From: Diploschistes diacapsis
Taxonomy: Eukaryota
Assembly: GCA_023645945.1 (NCBI GenBank)
Contig: JALAIB010000107.1
Location: 1 to 32,258, forward strand
DNA length: 32,258 nt
Reading direction: 5' to 3'
The notes under the pieces are model-generated. The model saw nothing but the letters and a program-made list of their open reading frames with translations. It was not told the DNA's origin and searched no databases. Positions 10,784-23,827 of this stretch are shown in pieces (position 1 is the first letter of the stretch; every line of letters begins with the position of its first letter). A program made the translations under genes and the position numbers.

Positions 10784-12582
10784 ATGCATAAGCGATTGAT
10801 CATCATGTAAAGTAGTCCGAAAGTATACTAACTAGACTGACCTTGTCGATTAGTATACATTACCTTCGTAATCACTGCTGGCCAGTATCAGACCCCCTCT
10901 GGGATCTGAACCGGCAATCGCTGGTGGCGGAGACCGAAGCGCCGCAGCTCAGTTTGGACGCTGTTGGTGCATTGAGCTCAAGTGTGCCCTCGCAAAACAT
11001 CGAGCCTGACCGACTGAATGACGGCGAGGAGCACCCCCGTGGATTCAGGCTTGTTGTTGTCTTCACGAGCCTCATGTTGAGTATCCTGCTGGTTGCTCTC
11101 GACTCTACCATTATAGCTACTGCGATCCCCCGCATCACGGACGAATTTCATAGCCTGGATCAGGTTGGTTGGTATGGAAGCGCGTACTTCCTCACCAATG
11201 CGTCGTTGCAGTCGGTATGGGGCAAAGCCTACACTTATTTTGACTTGAAGCCGACCTTCATTGTTGGTATCTCCCTTTTCGAGGTCGGCACGTTGATATG
11301 TGCCGCTTCGCCTTCCAGTGCCGTCTTCATCCTAGGCCGCGCAGTCGCAGGCTTTGGTGGTGGTGCTCTAGGAAGCGGGGCGTTTACTATCGTCGCCCTC
11401 ATCGCTCCTCCTCGGAAGAGGGCAATGTACATTGGATGCATGGGAGCTACTTACGGAATCGCAAGCGTCATCGGACCGATCCTCGGAGGCATCTTTACCC
11501 AGTATGTAACATGGAGGTGGTGCTTTTGGATCAATCTGCCCATTGGAGGGCTAGCTTCTGCGATGATTGTCTGCTTCTTCCAGGCTCCTCCGTCTCAGAG
11601 ACCCGCCGCCTCCAAAAGAGAGCAAATCTACCAGATGGACTTGCCTGGCGCTTTCGCGTTGCTCGGAAGCTTGGTCTGTTATCTACTAGCGATGCGTTGG
11701 GGGGGTGTGAGTTATCCTTGGGATGCTGCTCCCGTAGTCGGGACGCTGATCGGGTTTGGCCTTCTGGCGATAGTGTTCTCGGTCGTCGAGTGGCGAAGTG
11801 GGGACCTGGCGATGGTGCAGACGCGATTCTTCAAAAATAGCGAAATTACGCTGAATCAAATCTACATGTTCTTCCTTGATGGTACCTATTTTCCGGCAGT
11901 GTATTTCCTTTCGATCCAGTTCCAAGCGATTCAGGGTCTGTCGGCCGCTCGAGCGGGCATCCAGCTTATCCCGCTTGCGCTGTGCGTCTCCTTTGGCACC
12001 ATAGTTGCAAACACCTGCATCTCCAAATTCGGATATCCTAGCATCTGGCTGGCCTTGGGCCCTGTCTTGGCGACACTCGGGTCGGTTCTTATATATCTAT
12101 TCGGAGCGAGTGCTTCGACGAGCGAGTGGATAGGCTTTCAGGTGGTTCTTGGATTTGGGATAGGGTTCGCCCTGCAGACTCCGATTAGCATTAACCAGTC
12201 GCTGGTCGCGCCAAGTGATATCCCCAGCATAGTCTCGATAACTTTGTTTTTTGAGATTCTAGGAGCGTGTATCATGGTTTCCGCCGCCCAGGCAGCTTTC
12301 GCGAACAAACTTGTTTCCACATTGGCAATCACCAGCCCGAGTATCGATCCCCTGACAGTGGTAGAAGCTGGGGCAGGACAGTTGGGAAGCTTGTTTCGGC
12401 CAAACGAGCTTACTGCGATACTGGACGCATATCAACAGGGGTTGGATGTCGCCTATGCCTTGTTCACGGCTTGCGGCTCACTGTCTACCATCACGTCTAT
12501 CATCATAGTCTATCAGGAGTGGCGTAAAGCACGATCGAAGTGTAACAAAGTAGAGACTGTCACTACGGAGAAGCGAGAGTAA
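10784..12582 (+). CDS. MFS drug/toxin:H+ antiporter, 14-TM DHA2 (AflT/GliA-like); tentative exons 10784-10806, 10854-12582
   Basis: LDSTIIATAIPRITDEFHSLDQVGWYGSAYFLT, FILGRAVAGFG, IGPILGGIFTQYVTWRWCFWINLPIGG. The long ORF has no ATG before TM1. A 47-nt intron (GTAAAG...CTGAC...TAG) would join ATG 10784 in frame, but the start is uncertain. Confidence 0.85.
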
Positions 12583-12804
12583 TACTTGGCTGTGTATGAG
12601 CCAAAGGCCTTGATTCAGCGCCATTCTCAACGGTGATGCATCTTTGCCACGAGCAAGGGGATAAGTGTAGGGCTCTGCCTGCCATGCTTGGCTCTCATTC
12701 AACATTGAGCAAAATCGCGCTTTTTGATAGAAATACACCTGCTTTTCTTATGCAAATAATCAATGCCACCCACCTTCTTTTACCATAAAAAGAATCATTA
12801 CTTC

Positions 12805-13527
12805 TTACATTCCATGTCCGGTCCTGCTCCCTGCCATATCATTGATGCCCACGATCGGAGCATGATCCTGCGGATTAGCAGCCTTCTCATAGAGTACCTC
12901 CACCGGATCTCGATTCAATCGCATAAACTCTCCCTTGAAGGCCAGGTAGTAGATTTCGGTTGAGTCGGCCCCAAAGTTATCCTCGAAGAACAGGGACAGG
13001 CAGTATGTATTGCCGAAAAGGGGGCGTCGTACCGGAATGTCTTGGATTCCCGACGTCTGTGAGAGCGCGAGGGTCTGTGTTGGGGCCAGATCTGTTGCTG
13101 TTGGAAAGTCTATATCATCTCTGTTGAGGTAGAGCTTCAAGGTTCTAGGGGCCGAATCCGAGTCCGAGGTCCGGAGGAGTATCGAATGCAGTTTCACCGT
13201 ACCAGCAAACCTACACACAGCGTCAGTAAAATGGAAGAGAAAGTTATCCATCCAGCCGTACGGTACGACCATCAAGAGTTGCTCATCCGCATCGCTGGCA
13301 AGCAAAGGCTCCGACTCGAGACGTTGAGCCCAAGTCTTCTGGACGACTTTGGCGCCGGAACCCGACGCAGTCTCGTTGAAGGTTACGATCTTGGCGAATT
13401 CAATCTGTTTGTAGAGCAGGGTCTGTAAAGCTGGCTCGAGATCTTCGCTGTGGTCATGAGCGCCATGATCATGGCCTGATCCGTCGCGGTGGTGGTGGTG
13501 ATGATGATGATGATGAGGGTCGGACAT
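12805..13527 (-). CDS. PITH (DUF1000) domain protein, PITHD1-like, His-rich N-terminus (223 aa); exons 13527-13262, 13210-12805
   Basis: SDADEQLLMVVPFAGTVKLHSILL, SAPRTLKLYLNRDDIDF, LSLFFEDNFG, YEKAANPQDH. 51-nt intron GTACGG...CTGAC...TAG. Confidence 0.9.
   Translation of the reverse strand: MSDPHHHHHHHHHRDGSGHDHGAHDHSEDLEPALQTLLYKQIEFAKIVTFNETASGSGAKVVQKTWAQRLESEPLLASDADEQLLMVVPYGWMDNFLFHFTDAVCRFAGTVKLHSILLRTSDSDSAPRTLKLYLNRDDIDFPTATDLAPTQTLALSQTSGIQDIPVRRPLFGNTYCLSLFFEDNFGADSTEIYYLAFKGEFMRLNRDPVEVLYEKAANPQDHAPIVGINDMAGSRTGHGM
13489..13515 (-). repeat. (CAT)5(CAC)4 coding microsatellite encoding 9 consecutive His
   Basis: Plus strand reads (GTG)4(ATG)5 at 13489-13515. Confidence 0.9.
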
Positions 13528-14117
13528 CTTAGATCAGCTGCAGTGTTTTTCTGTTATAGATTAACACCAGGCAGAGCAATGGCTGCAAGCTAGATAGAGA
13601 CCACGGCTTGGGGGGAGAATCTAGAATGTTTTGTCCAGGTTAGATACAGCCAGCCCATTCCTCACAAAGAAAGGAATGGAAACCGAAATCAACCACTTCA
13701 AGTCGTCTGGTCATTGTCGCAGTAAAATCTGGCAACTACATCTCTAAACCAAGCGCTGTGGATGAGGAAGGAGCGATATCGTATACAAGAATCTTTTATT
13801 GATCATGTAGGCATCAAAGAGTTTCTAGATTATCTACTCTACTGTATTTTGTTTTCGAACATCCAAACAAGCAGAAACATTCATAGTATGTCGAGTCGCC
13901 AAAACACGTAGAATCGTGCCAGAAACACCCAACCCAACAAGTGTTCCTTAGTACTATATAGGTACTTTCGGCTACTTCGAATAGCAAGTAGCCTGGGATG
14001 CTTCGACCCTCGGTCCCATTTTTGGGCAATGCAGGGCCCATGCGTCAGAAGGCTTCAACGCCCTAGATCGGCGTCCAAAGATACCTCCTTGCAATACAGA
14101 CTCGAATCAATCGCCCA

Positions 14118-16210
14118 TCACGTTAGCTTGTAAAAGTCCGGTGCATATTCCAAAAGCCATCCCTTTTCAATCTTGGAAACATCTCTTATAAAAGTCTTAT
14201 TGGCAGTCTCCATGACCTCGTGGAAAATCACCCAGTTTGCTTTTCTATTCTGAGCGACAGTTAGCTTTCGCGTCACGACAGAACAAGAGCAAAGAACTAA
14301 CGAATAGCAAAGAAGTGGGATGTGCATGTAGCGTCAGCTGTCCGTTCACCGTCGTAAAACTTCCATCTGGTTGCATTCGGGCTGCATTTGCAAAGAAGCC
14401 TGTCGTTAGACACCGTCGGATATTCTCGCTTTGCTCAAGAGATTCGGCACTTCTAGACGGCCTCGCCAGCGATTCCTGAACGTCGATGCCGAAGCGCTCC
14501 AAGTACCGTCGTAGCTGGTTCCTGATGCTGACCGCTTTTGTCATGGACTTAAAGTTAAGTAGGTTCTCTCGACACCACCTCGAATCTTTCTTGCCCTTGG
14601 TGACGAATGCCTGGTAGACGTTCAGCAAGGTCATGTGGTCGCCCTCTTCTGCAGCAAATTTTCGTCTCGCAGTCTCTGAGGCTTTCTTTTCGCCACTGTG
14701 CGTTATCCAGACCGAGCCCTGTAGTGACACCATCGCGGCGATGGAGAGTACCTCGCTGAGACAGCCAAAGCTTGGCGCGGAGAGCAATACCTTGGCCATG
14801 CTCGGTTCGACGGACAGCTCGGCCATGCGATGGCCCAGGGGCCGTGTGAGCTTGGCGTAGTCGTTCAACGCTCCGAGCGAGTACAGGATCTCGAGCGCCC
14901 TGACCACGAGCTCTGCCGGTGGAGGGACAGGAAAATCGAACCGTGCAATGTTGTCGACGCCCAGGGCCTTCAACTGCAAGATCACTGGCGCAAGGTTGGA
15001 GCGTTGTATCTCCGGGGCCGTCGTTGAGTCCATGTTCTCAAAACTTTGCTCCGTGTACAGCCTGAAACACTTGCCGGGCTTTGTTCGACCGGCTCTGCCG
15101 GCTCTTTGCGTTGCAGCTGCTTTCGATAATGAAGTCACGGTTAAGCTTTCGACGCCGGTGATTGGGTTATAAGCTCGCAGTTTCACGTAGCCACAGTCAA
15201 CGACATACACGATTCCCTCTATGGTGATGGAGGCTTCGGCTATGTTTGTAGATACAATGACTTTGCGCGTATCCTTGGGAGCTGGCTCAAAGATGTACAT
15301 TTGCTGCTCGACCGTGAGACCGGCGTACATCGGCAATGGGAGAATTCCAGAGGTTCCGTTTGGCAGTGAGTCTGACCTTTCGACAATCTTCTTGATTGTT
15401 TCTTCGATTTCGTCGCGGCCGGTTAGAAAGAGTAGAATGTCCCCCGCCGGTTCGGAGTTATGGATATCTAAAACGGTCTTCACGGCCCGCTCAACGTAAT
15501 CTTCGGCGGGCTCTTCCAGATACAAAATGTCAACCGGAAAGAGTCGACCGTCGAGACTGATTGCTCGTGTAACTGCGTTTGGGTTACTCTCGTCGCGAGA
15601 GAAGAATTGAACGAAGTCTTCGGCTTGTAGGGTGGCGCTGCTGATGACCAATCGAATCTCTGATCTCTTTTTCAGGATCTTCTTGAGGATTCCCAGAAGA
15701 ATGTCCGTGCTTAATGATCGTTCATGAGCTTCGTCGACCATAATCACCGAGTATCGGGATAGCAAAGGATCGACCAAGGCTTCTCGCAAGAGCAGCCCGT
15801 CCGTCATGAATTTGATTTTTGTCGAAGCGGATGTAAGATCTTCGAATCTGATCGAATAACCGACCTCTTCGCCAACATCGCACCTCATTTCCTCCGCCAC
15901 TCTGGCCGCGACGCTGGTGGCGGCAACTCTCCTTGGCTACGATACTTAGAGCAAACAATGTACACAATATGAGCTCAAACTCACCTACCTGGGTCACCGC
16001 AATCATCTTGCCGTCGGAGCACCAGCCCTCCTGTTCCAGGAACTGGGGGATTTGCGTTGTCTTCCCACTCCCTGTAGCTGCAACAACAATGGTGACTGGG
16101 GTTGATTCTATCATATAGAGCAAGCTCTGACGATAGCGAGCAATCGGCAACAAAGCAGGAGGTTTGTTCAGAGCAGGCACGAAGCTACCGTCTTCCTCTG
16201 CCCCCTCCAT
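14118..16210 (-). CDS. DHX35: DEAH-box RNA helicase DHX35-like (662 aa); exons 16210-15989, 15936-14302, 14249-14118
   Basis: GSGKTTQIPQFL, TQPRRVAA (restored by splicing), DEAHERS, SSAT, STNIAEASITI, QRAGRAGR, HA2 and OB regions. The very short N-terminus and MTDGLLLREALVDPLLSRYSVIM are typical of DHX35. Two 52-nt introns. Confidence 0.88.
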
Positions 16211-16537
16211 GGCTCTCCGAGCTCCTAGAACATCCACGTCATGCAGTCTCTTCTGCGGGAATAGGAGCGAATGATGAGATGGAGGCCCAAGCAGCCTCAG
16301 TCATACACGTTTAGTTGTGCCATATGTAAAGGAATGGGAATAGATGGACCCTATACAAAACATGTTCCTAAACAGCCAGACCGGGGGGCAGGCAGTAGAT
16401 GTGAAGATCTATTGTGGCGCATGCAGTGGCTGAAGCGGTGAACCATTACCAATGACAACATTTTTGAAATCAGAGCTGCTGCGATATTCAAAGCGTTATT
16501 GTTTGAGAAACTACGCCCTTAGAACCCCTCGCGAAGC

Positions 16538-18032
16538 ATGGCAGAATCAGAAAAGCTTGTAAGAAGCAGTCTTTGATATCAGATCTGCAAATGCTTACCA
16601 TCTGCAGAAGGATGGACCGCCAGAATCTCCAACGACGGCAAGGGAACTGGACTTTGACGACGAAGATGTCCCAGCTTCCCCAAGGATTCCAAAATTTGCC
16701 AGTGCAGCGGCGCAGGACGCAAGCCAGAGCGGATCTACAGAAAGGCCTCCTCCGCAACCACCACGTCCTTCGAGTCCACGAGCTCAAGCCGAGTCTACAT
16801 TACGAGAAGCATTCCCGTCGATAAATGCATCGGTAGTAAAAGCAGTGCTTATGGCAAGTGGAGGCCAAGTTGAACCAGCTTTCAATGCATTGCTGAGTAC
16901 AATATCTTCACATCGCCTACTTTCCGAATCGTACTCATCAAGCTAGGTATGTCGGATCCAGACGCTCAAAGGGAGCCTGCGGCCCCTCCTCAACCACCTC
17001 GACCTGCCCAACCGACCAGAGATACTGCCTCCCAACGGCAATTAGAAGCAGACGAGCTCTATGCGAGGCAGCTCGCAGAGCACTACAACAACCAGGCTTA
17101 CGGACCCCGAAGGGACTCTTCAAGGGACTATCGCGGACAGGAACCGCCGCGACTGCCAAGACGGCAGCCGCAGACTAATCTAAAACCCAACGAATTGTAC
17201 GATGATCGAGAAAGGAGCTTTATTGATGGTACGGGTCGAGCCTTGCATGGGGCATTCTCTGGCTAATTCTGTCACAAGATGATCTTCCCGTCATTCGCGA
17301 TAGCATAAAGAAGGGCTTCCAAGAAACTCAAACCAAAGTCAACAGTTTCATCACTAATCTCAGAAAGAAGTTCGAGGAGAGCGACGAAGAAGAGCCACCA
17401 CCGCCGCCTCCTCGAAAAGGCCAACAGTACGGCAGGTCCAGTACAGAGTATGGGCGCAAGAGCTCTGATCGTGACCGCTATGATGCTGACCCTGAGGTCC
17501 TTGGGGATGATTTTGCTACACTCCAGCTCCAAGATCACGAAGCTCGTACGTGTTTTGGCTAACGTGTGTTTCATGCTAGAGCTAACCGGGCAAAGCTTCT
17601 CAACAACGTACCACACGACCGCTGGCCAATCCTGATCTCTTCAAGTCTACCCCGACAACGGCTGGCTCGGAACGTAAAGTTTCATTCCAGAACGCTCATC
17701 GCGACACCAACAACCTTTACGATGCTTCTCCTGATCCGCCAAGAAGACCGGCATCGACAGGGAGCAGGAGCAAATGGCAACCACTCGCGGCCGTGGATCC
17801 TGACCCGGTGCAAGAGCACGACCCCTTTAGTCTGGGCGACAGCGATGATGAAGATTCAAAGAAAAAGGATCTGAGGATCGAGGAGCCGGAGCGGTTGAAG
17901 AAAGCAACGGCCGAAGCAGTGTCCGACTCCATCGGCTCGGATCAAAAGCAAGGCCTGGAACCTGCTGAGACGACCGGAAGCAGTGGCACTAAGGACAAGG
18001 AGGCCACCGACAAGCTGACGGGCAAATCATAA
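16538..18032 (+). CDS. CUE5: CUE-domain ubiquitin-binding protein, Cue5-like; exons 16538-16558, 16608-16896, 16947-17228, 17279-17545, 17596-18032
   Basis: CUE motif TLREAFPSINASVVKAVLMASGGQVEPAFNALLSMSDP; QLEADELYARQLA; FIDDDLPVIRDSIKKGFQETQTKVNSFI; DPFSLGDSDDE. Four 49-50 nt introns keep the frame. Confidence 0.85.
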
Positions 18033-18129
18033 TTATATGTTCGAAGCCGTGTAGCGGTGACGATCTTGAATCAAATGCAAACATGCATGCCAAATCAAAG
18101 TTCTGAACCCCCCCGATTCTATGAGCGCT

Positions 18130-18461
18130 TCACAATGTCGTGTTACCGCTAGCCGTAGTGTTTCTTAGCTCTTTGATTACCGTCTAAAAATGCTTTAGCA
18201 CAAGGAGTCCGTAGATAAGCTTATGCACTTGCAGCAGGTACCTACAGCCAATGCTTCTGGATTGACCCCGTTCTCAATCAGCGAGACGCACAAGGAGAGC
18301 TGTGTTCTTGTTAGATTAGTATTCTGTTCTACAATAAGCTTTGGACGAATGTCTTCGATCCGGGAATAGGTGTATACCAAGAGTAAGGCCATCTCCTGAA
18401 GAATGTCGATGACTTCGCGTGCAGCTTCACGCTTCTTTGACGTGTCTTCTTTGGTGGGCAT
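18130..18461 (-). CDS. MZT1: Mozart1, gamma-tubulin complex subunit (71 aa); exons 18461-18378, 18323-18246, 18183-18130
   Basis: [49 protein letters not shown] is the Mzt1 signature. Introns of 54 and 62 nt. Confidence 0.92.
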
Positions 18462-18807
18462 GTTGAGTTTCAATGGTACTATCAGTTCTATAGCTTGATC
18501 CCTTTCTGTAAGATTCGCATTTGTATCACCTCTCCAGTACTTTTTGCTGTGTCTTACTGCTACACAACTGGAGAAGAGGTCCTTCCGCCAGCAGCGCGAG
18601 CCCAAGGCTTTTTCTAAGAGTAGTTGATTTTCTGACATGTGACAGTCTGCTAGGTAACGTCTTTATTACAGAACTTCCCCGCTCTCTGCCCATTAATAAT
18701 TATATAATAATTATATAACTCCATTCCTGTCTTACGGTCTCACAGGCAGTTCAACGTCGTCCACCGCTGATACTGTACTACAAGTCCCTTGATGTGGCCA
18801 AGATCTA

Positions 18808-20931
18808 ATGAGTCAATACATCTCGTCCTATCTCATCGATCCTGTCATTCGCCAAGCTCGCCGCTTCTCCAGATCCAGTACCGCAGAATCGAGTATCCGA
18901 GAAGTGAGTCTCGGTGGGCGTCCGGGATATCGTGGCTACGAGAACACCCTAGATGAAAACTCGGGGTCAGATAGTGAAACTTTGCAGCAAACATTCCACA
19001 GACCATTGCCCAATCTCCGTCGGGCAACACATGGCGGCAGGCTCGACCATCGCGTAGCTGGAGGGATCCAGAGCGAGCCTGCCCAAGGAGATGGCGGAGA
19101 TCAAAATGGCATACGTGCAAGAGCGCAGACGGATACCCATCCTTCCAGACACCATGAGAACACAGGGGAGCAATTCACGTCCGCAAATGCTTCATTTCCC
19201 AGCTCGATTCACGGCATGGCAATGAGGTATATGGAAGATTCCGGGCAATCAGCCAGAAGCAGCCTTACGCAAAGGAGTTCGAGTCATCGGAGATCGGTCG
19301 TCGGTATGGAGCTGCCCGAAGATGATGGGATGGGCCAAATGCGGAAGAGAATACTAGATATTCAACAGCTCTCGGCACCCAGTGCAGAAAAATCGCGACT
19401 CATGCACACCCTCATGATGGAGCAGTATTTTCAAGCTCCGCGGCTGAGTGGTCTTCGGCCTCACTCTCCGTCTAGCTTGAGAAGCCATGAACGTCCCTTT
19501 ACCCCAGTCTCTAGCCAGTCCAACGAGATCTTGCCTATGGAATCCCCCAATACGGTGTTTTCGGCCGAAGACGAACTGACTATAACAGAGGATGAAAGGA
19601 AAGCGACATACTACGTGCCGGCGAGCAACAAAGATGGTAGCACGGAGGTTCAAATCGCTAACGATCGGCAATTCGGATGTACCCACTACAAGCGGAACGT
19701 CAAGCTTCAATGCTCTGCCTGCCATCGATGGTACACGTGCCGCTTCTGTCACGATCAGAATGAAGACCACTGCTTGAATCGCAGAGCTACTAGGAACATG
19801 CTATGCATGGCCTGCGGATGCCCACAGCCTGCCTCCAAAGTCTGCAAGAGCTGCGGGCAGCTGGCGGCTTGGTACTTTTGCAGGATCTGCAAATTATGGG
19901 ATGATGACACAAGCAAGAGTATATATCACTGCAACGATTGCGGCATTTGCAGGCGCGGAGAAGGTCTTGGAAAAGACTTCTTCCATTGCAAGGTTTGTGT
20001 TTCAGGAAAATACTTCTTTCAGTGCTAATGGGGACAGACGTGTTGTGCTTGCATTTCCGTGCGCATCAAAGACACGCACAAATGCATCGAGCGATCGACA
20101 GATTGTGATTGCCCCATTTGTGGGGAGTACATGTTTTCCTCTCCGCAGACCGTCATATTCATGAGATGTGGGCACAGCATCCATCACACATGCTGGAAGG
20201 AACACATGCAAAACTCTTTCAAGTGCCCTATATGCAGCAAGAGCATGGTAAACATGGAAATTACTTTCAGACGGTACGATCTCGATATCGAGGCTCAACC
20301 GATGCCGCCGCAGTTCCGGGATACCAAGGCATGGATCTTCTGCAACGATTGCAGTGCCAAATCTCTCGTCAAGTATCATTGGATCGGTCTCAAGTGCGGA
20401 GTGTAAGTCGGCAATCATCTTTAAGTCCGCTGTACTGACAAGCGTAGATGTGATTCTTACAACACCGCACAGCTACAGATTATCAGTGATGCGGAAAACG
20501 TAAGAGCCTCGGATAACGAACTCGACTCGGTTGCACCATCGCTACTGGAACCATTGGAACCACTAGAATCGTTTACACGTGGAAGAAGGACATTCGTGGG
20601 GAACCAGGCTCGCGCTTCATCGACATCTGCTGTCCAATTAATTACTCATACTTTTCCGTCGATTCGCAACGCCCAATCGACGTCGCCTACTGCCATGAGC
20701 CGGTTTGTGTTTCCATTAGGAAGCGAGGGTAGCACGGATCCTATGGATACCTCTGATGAAGTGGTAGACTTTTGGGGTGGAGAGAGTCCAGGGGACAGAG
20801 TCCTCGCCGAAAACGGGTATGAATCAGTGTCTGAGAGCAGTGAGGATGAGGAGCTGATGGTGGACAACGAGGAAGAGGACGAAGACGAAGATGAAGATGA
20901 AGATCGTATGGCTATCTTTGGACACCGGTAA
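18808..20931 (+). CDS. CHY zinc finger / RING-H2 E3 ligase (Pirh2/RCHY1-like); exons 18808-19992, 20038-20402, 20448-20931
   Basis: GCTHYKRNVKLQCSACHRWYTCRFCHD, SIYHCNDCGICRRG, HKCIERSTDCDCPICGEYMF, CGHSIH, KCPICSKS, YHWIGLKCGVCDSYNT. Acidic tail ending IFGHR*. Two 45-nt introns. Confidence 0.92.
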
Positions 20932-21599
20932 AATAAGAGACTCGTCTCCTGAGAGGGGGATACATAAGAGACCTTCAGTGCCGCTTGACGCAATTGATGA
21001 GAGCATGGTGAACCGCGATGCCACAACCTTCCCCCCGGTAATACGTCAATCCACCTACAATATGGCCCTTGGGGAGCTTCTCATGCATCAGTCAAAAGTG
21101 TGTAAAGCTACAAAGTATTATCAAATGCGAAAATGATGCAAGGCTGTCGTGAGTGGACAGTTCCCTACTTGGTCGCGGCAGCTTATGAAAAAGGTTTGTG
21201 TCGAGAAAGAGGCATATATTTAAATACTATTCAAGCCTACTACCGATAACTATATTGCAAGAATTTTTACTTTCACCGTGCTGTATACTACAGTCGAAAA
21301 CCTTAAGAGAGGCTAGAAATTGCCGGTTGGTGGCACTCTCAGATCTTGCGCCGCTTCTCAAAAAAGAGTTTACTCTTTTCTCGGTGATGGATATGAGAGA
21401 GCCGACTAGCCAACCATCAATAAATAGGCCGAGCACGCGTAGTAGTGGTCAAAAGCCAGAACTGTAATAGGTATCATAATAGATCGAACAGGTCGCAGTA
21501 CGCAATCGCGCATCCATCACGCGCATTCGTGTCCTCATCAAGTACAAGTGTGTCTCTCAACATAGGAGACTAGCCTCAGGATTGGGAGCTCTTTTCCGT

Positions 21600-22433
21600 T
21601 CATTTGATTGACTCAACAAATAACTCCCTCATGTCCTTGAGAAAAGCCCCTACATCTCGACTTTCATTGAATCGTTCAAGCCGCACATCAATGCGTTCCT
21701 TGTCCAACACGGGACGATATTCGACCACTTCGTAGTCAGCCTTCGCCATGGACATTTCAAACCAAAATTCTTGATCCCAGTTTCGCTCGTCCAGATGCGT
21801 AAACACAAACTTGAGATGGTCCGCCCGAGTTCCTTCGATACGCAGACAGAGGTAATCCACCCAAAAATCAAGTTCTGGGTTGTTGAGTTTCGCCTGGACG
21901 TCCATTTCCGCGGCATGCTTCCGTTGTGCTTCGAGCCGTTGTGCAATCGCCTTTTGTGTCGCAGCGATCTCATCCTTCAAGCGATTGCGCTGCGCAGCTC
22001 TCTGATCGCGCTGTGAGGAGATGGACGCGATGGCCGCGTGCATGTCTTCGGTCTCTGCGGCCTCCTTGGCGATGGTTTGTGCGTGCGAATGCGACTTTTG
22101 CTCAAGTATGTCTATGGATCGTTGCTTCATCTTCTTGTCCTCTGCGATAGTAGGTTAGCACTCACGGTTCTAAGAGAATCGTGCGCAGGGGTAGATCCTA
22201 CCCGCTAACTCTGCCACGTGAGAGCGAAACTGGTTCCTCTCCTCCAAAACGCGCTTGCGACCCTCCGCGATGAATTGGTCGAATCTGACCGTGAACTTGG
22301 CCATGCGATCGCGCAGGTCGTCAAAGCCGAAGTTGATGTTGGGAAGAGAATCGGCCATCGTGGGATTGGATGATGCCATGAAAGATTGCCTACGGGCATG
22401 GCCGGAGATGGAGCTTTCAAACAGGGTAGTCAT
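21600..22433 (-). CDS. SPC25: Ndc80-complex kinetochore protein Spc25; exons 22433-22202, 22141-21600
   Basis: MADSLPNINFGFDDLRDRMAKFTVRFDQFIAEGRKRVLEERNQF, a coiled coil, then the RWD-type head PELDFWVDYLCLRIEG...LKFVFTHLDE...FLKDMRELF. 60-nt intron. Confidence 0.9.
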
Positions 22434-22473
22434 GATCGCACAGCGTGGATTTTTTTGATGTAAAAGAAAGCTA

Positions 22474-22517
22474 TGTTTACTTTCGCTTAAGCTTTGCGAA
22501 GTACAAAGTAGTAAATA
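22474..22517. promoter_or_regulatory. Two forkhead-type motifs upstream of SPC25
   Basis: TGTTTAC at 22474-22480 and GTAAATA at 22511-22517 match RYAAAYA. Short motifs; function is inferred only. Confidence 0.2.
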
Positions 22518-22879
22518 CATCATCAGCCTTACGTTAGATGCACACCATCTAGCGCATGATTGGTCAGTCATTCATGAATGGTGTAAGTTACAACTGCTAT
22601 CCGTTTTTGGCAGCCGTGTGTCGAGTCTGCTTCATCCAGACTCTGGCAAAATTCGTGGTCACGCAATTCGCCTTTCTTAAGGACTATTTCTGGGATTTCG
22701 CCGGCCAATATCCTCCGCATCATACAGCCACTCTCAAAGCAAGCTTGGCTCGAAGATGCCATGAACACCTCGCCGCTCAATAAGCTACGAATATTGCAAC
22801 GCCTGACAATCGCCATTGCACCAACCATGCTGTACATCGTCTAATTCAGTATCCGCACCCACCCAAAACAATCGTAACA

Positions 22880-23555
22880 TCATGCAGCCAACGGCTCGGC
22901 ATGTTCTTTCCCTTGCCTCGCCATTTTTGCCGTTGTCTTCTGTTGTGGCGATGCAACTTCGTCCTGAGGAACATCTGGAAGTTTATCTCTTTCTGATAGC
23001 TCCGAACCATCAACCTCTCTACTCATCGCTGCGAGCTCGTCCTCCACCTCGTCCTCTTCTTGGTTGCTAAGCTGTCCTCCCAGCATGTCGCTGATTTCTC
23101 GCTGATAGGCTCTCGCTTCGGCGTTATCCTCCATGAGTTTCTCCACCTTTTCAATACCGCCCATCTCTGCGTGTATCTGCTTCAGTACGGCAGTTCCCTG
23201 CTGCAGACCGTACATGACATCCTTTTGCACAGCTGCGAACTCGACATCGCTCATCAAACGCTGGAGCTGTTCTAGCTGTTGATCTGTCTTTGCAAGCAGC
23301 GATTCCTGGAACTTCTTGCGCCGGAGAGCGAGCAGTGCTTTCGGTTTCTGTCCGTTACGTAGGCACTCTTTGGCGATTTCGGTTTCGCGGTCTGTAATTA
23401 TGGTGATCTTTCTCTGGTACTGCTGTAGCTTATCTCGTTGGACTTTCAAGTCGAGGATTGATCTTGCAGGGAATCAGAAGCGGCCCGGACGAATATGCCA
23501 AGAGTCCTTACCTATCTTGCGCAGATACCTTGTTGGTACTAGAAGTATTCCCCAT
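22880..23555 (-). CDS. VPS20: ESCRT-III Snf7-family protein Vps20/CHMP6; exons 23555-23512, 23462-22880
   Basis: Myristoylation-type start MGNTSS; KVSAQDRSILDLKVQRDKLQQYQRKI, KALLALRRKKFQE, VEFAAVQKDVMYGLQQG. 49-nt intron GTAAGG...AAG. Confidence 0.93.
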
Positions 23556-23827
23556 CTCGACATATTGAAAAACGGAAAATGACAAGGCGGGAGCCGCAAA
23601 GTATGCAAAATAGTCACTGACACAACTCATGCAGTTGACATTGCGCAAGGATGCAGCATGTTAACCGGTTGCATGACCTTCTGGGCGTCATACCCAGAGA
23701 CGAGGAGATTCTTAGCTTCAGTTGCTATCGGTAAATCAATCTTCCGTTGCCGAATGAGGCTTATTCTCCGTGACACAAAAAGCTTGCTTTTCAAGGTTGA
23801 ACTTCCTCAAGATTATTTGCGCCCATC

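Noticed and set aside
18130..22433. MZT1 and SPC25 proximity as a mitotic gene cluster
   Set aside because: Two spindle-related genes among many unrelated housekeeping genes is compatible with chance, and I see no shared regulatory evidence.
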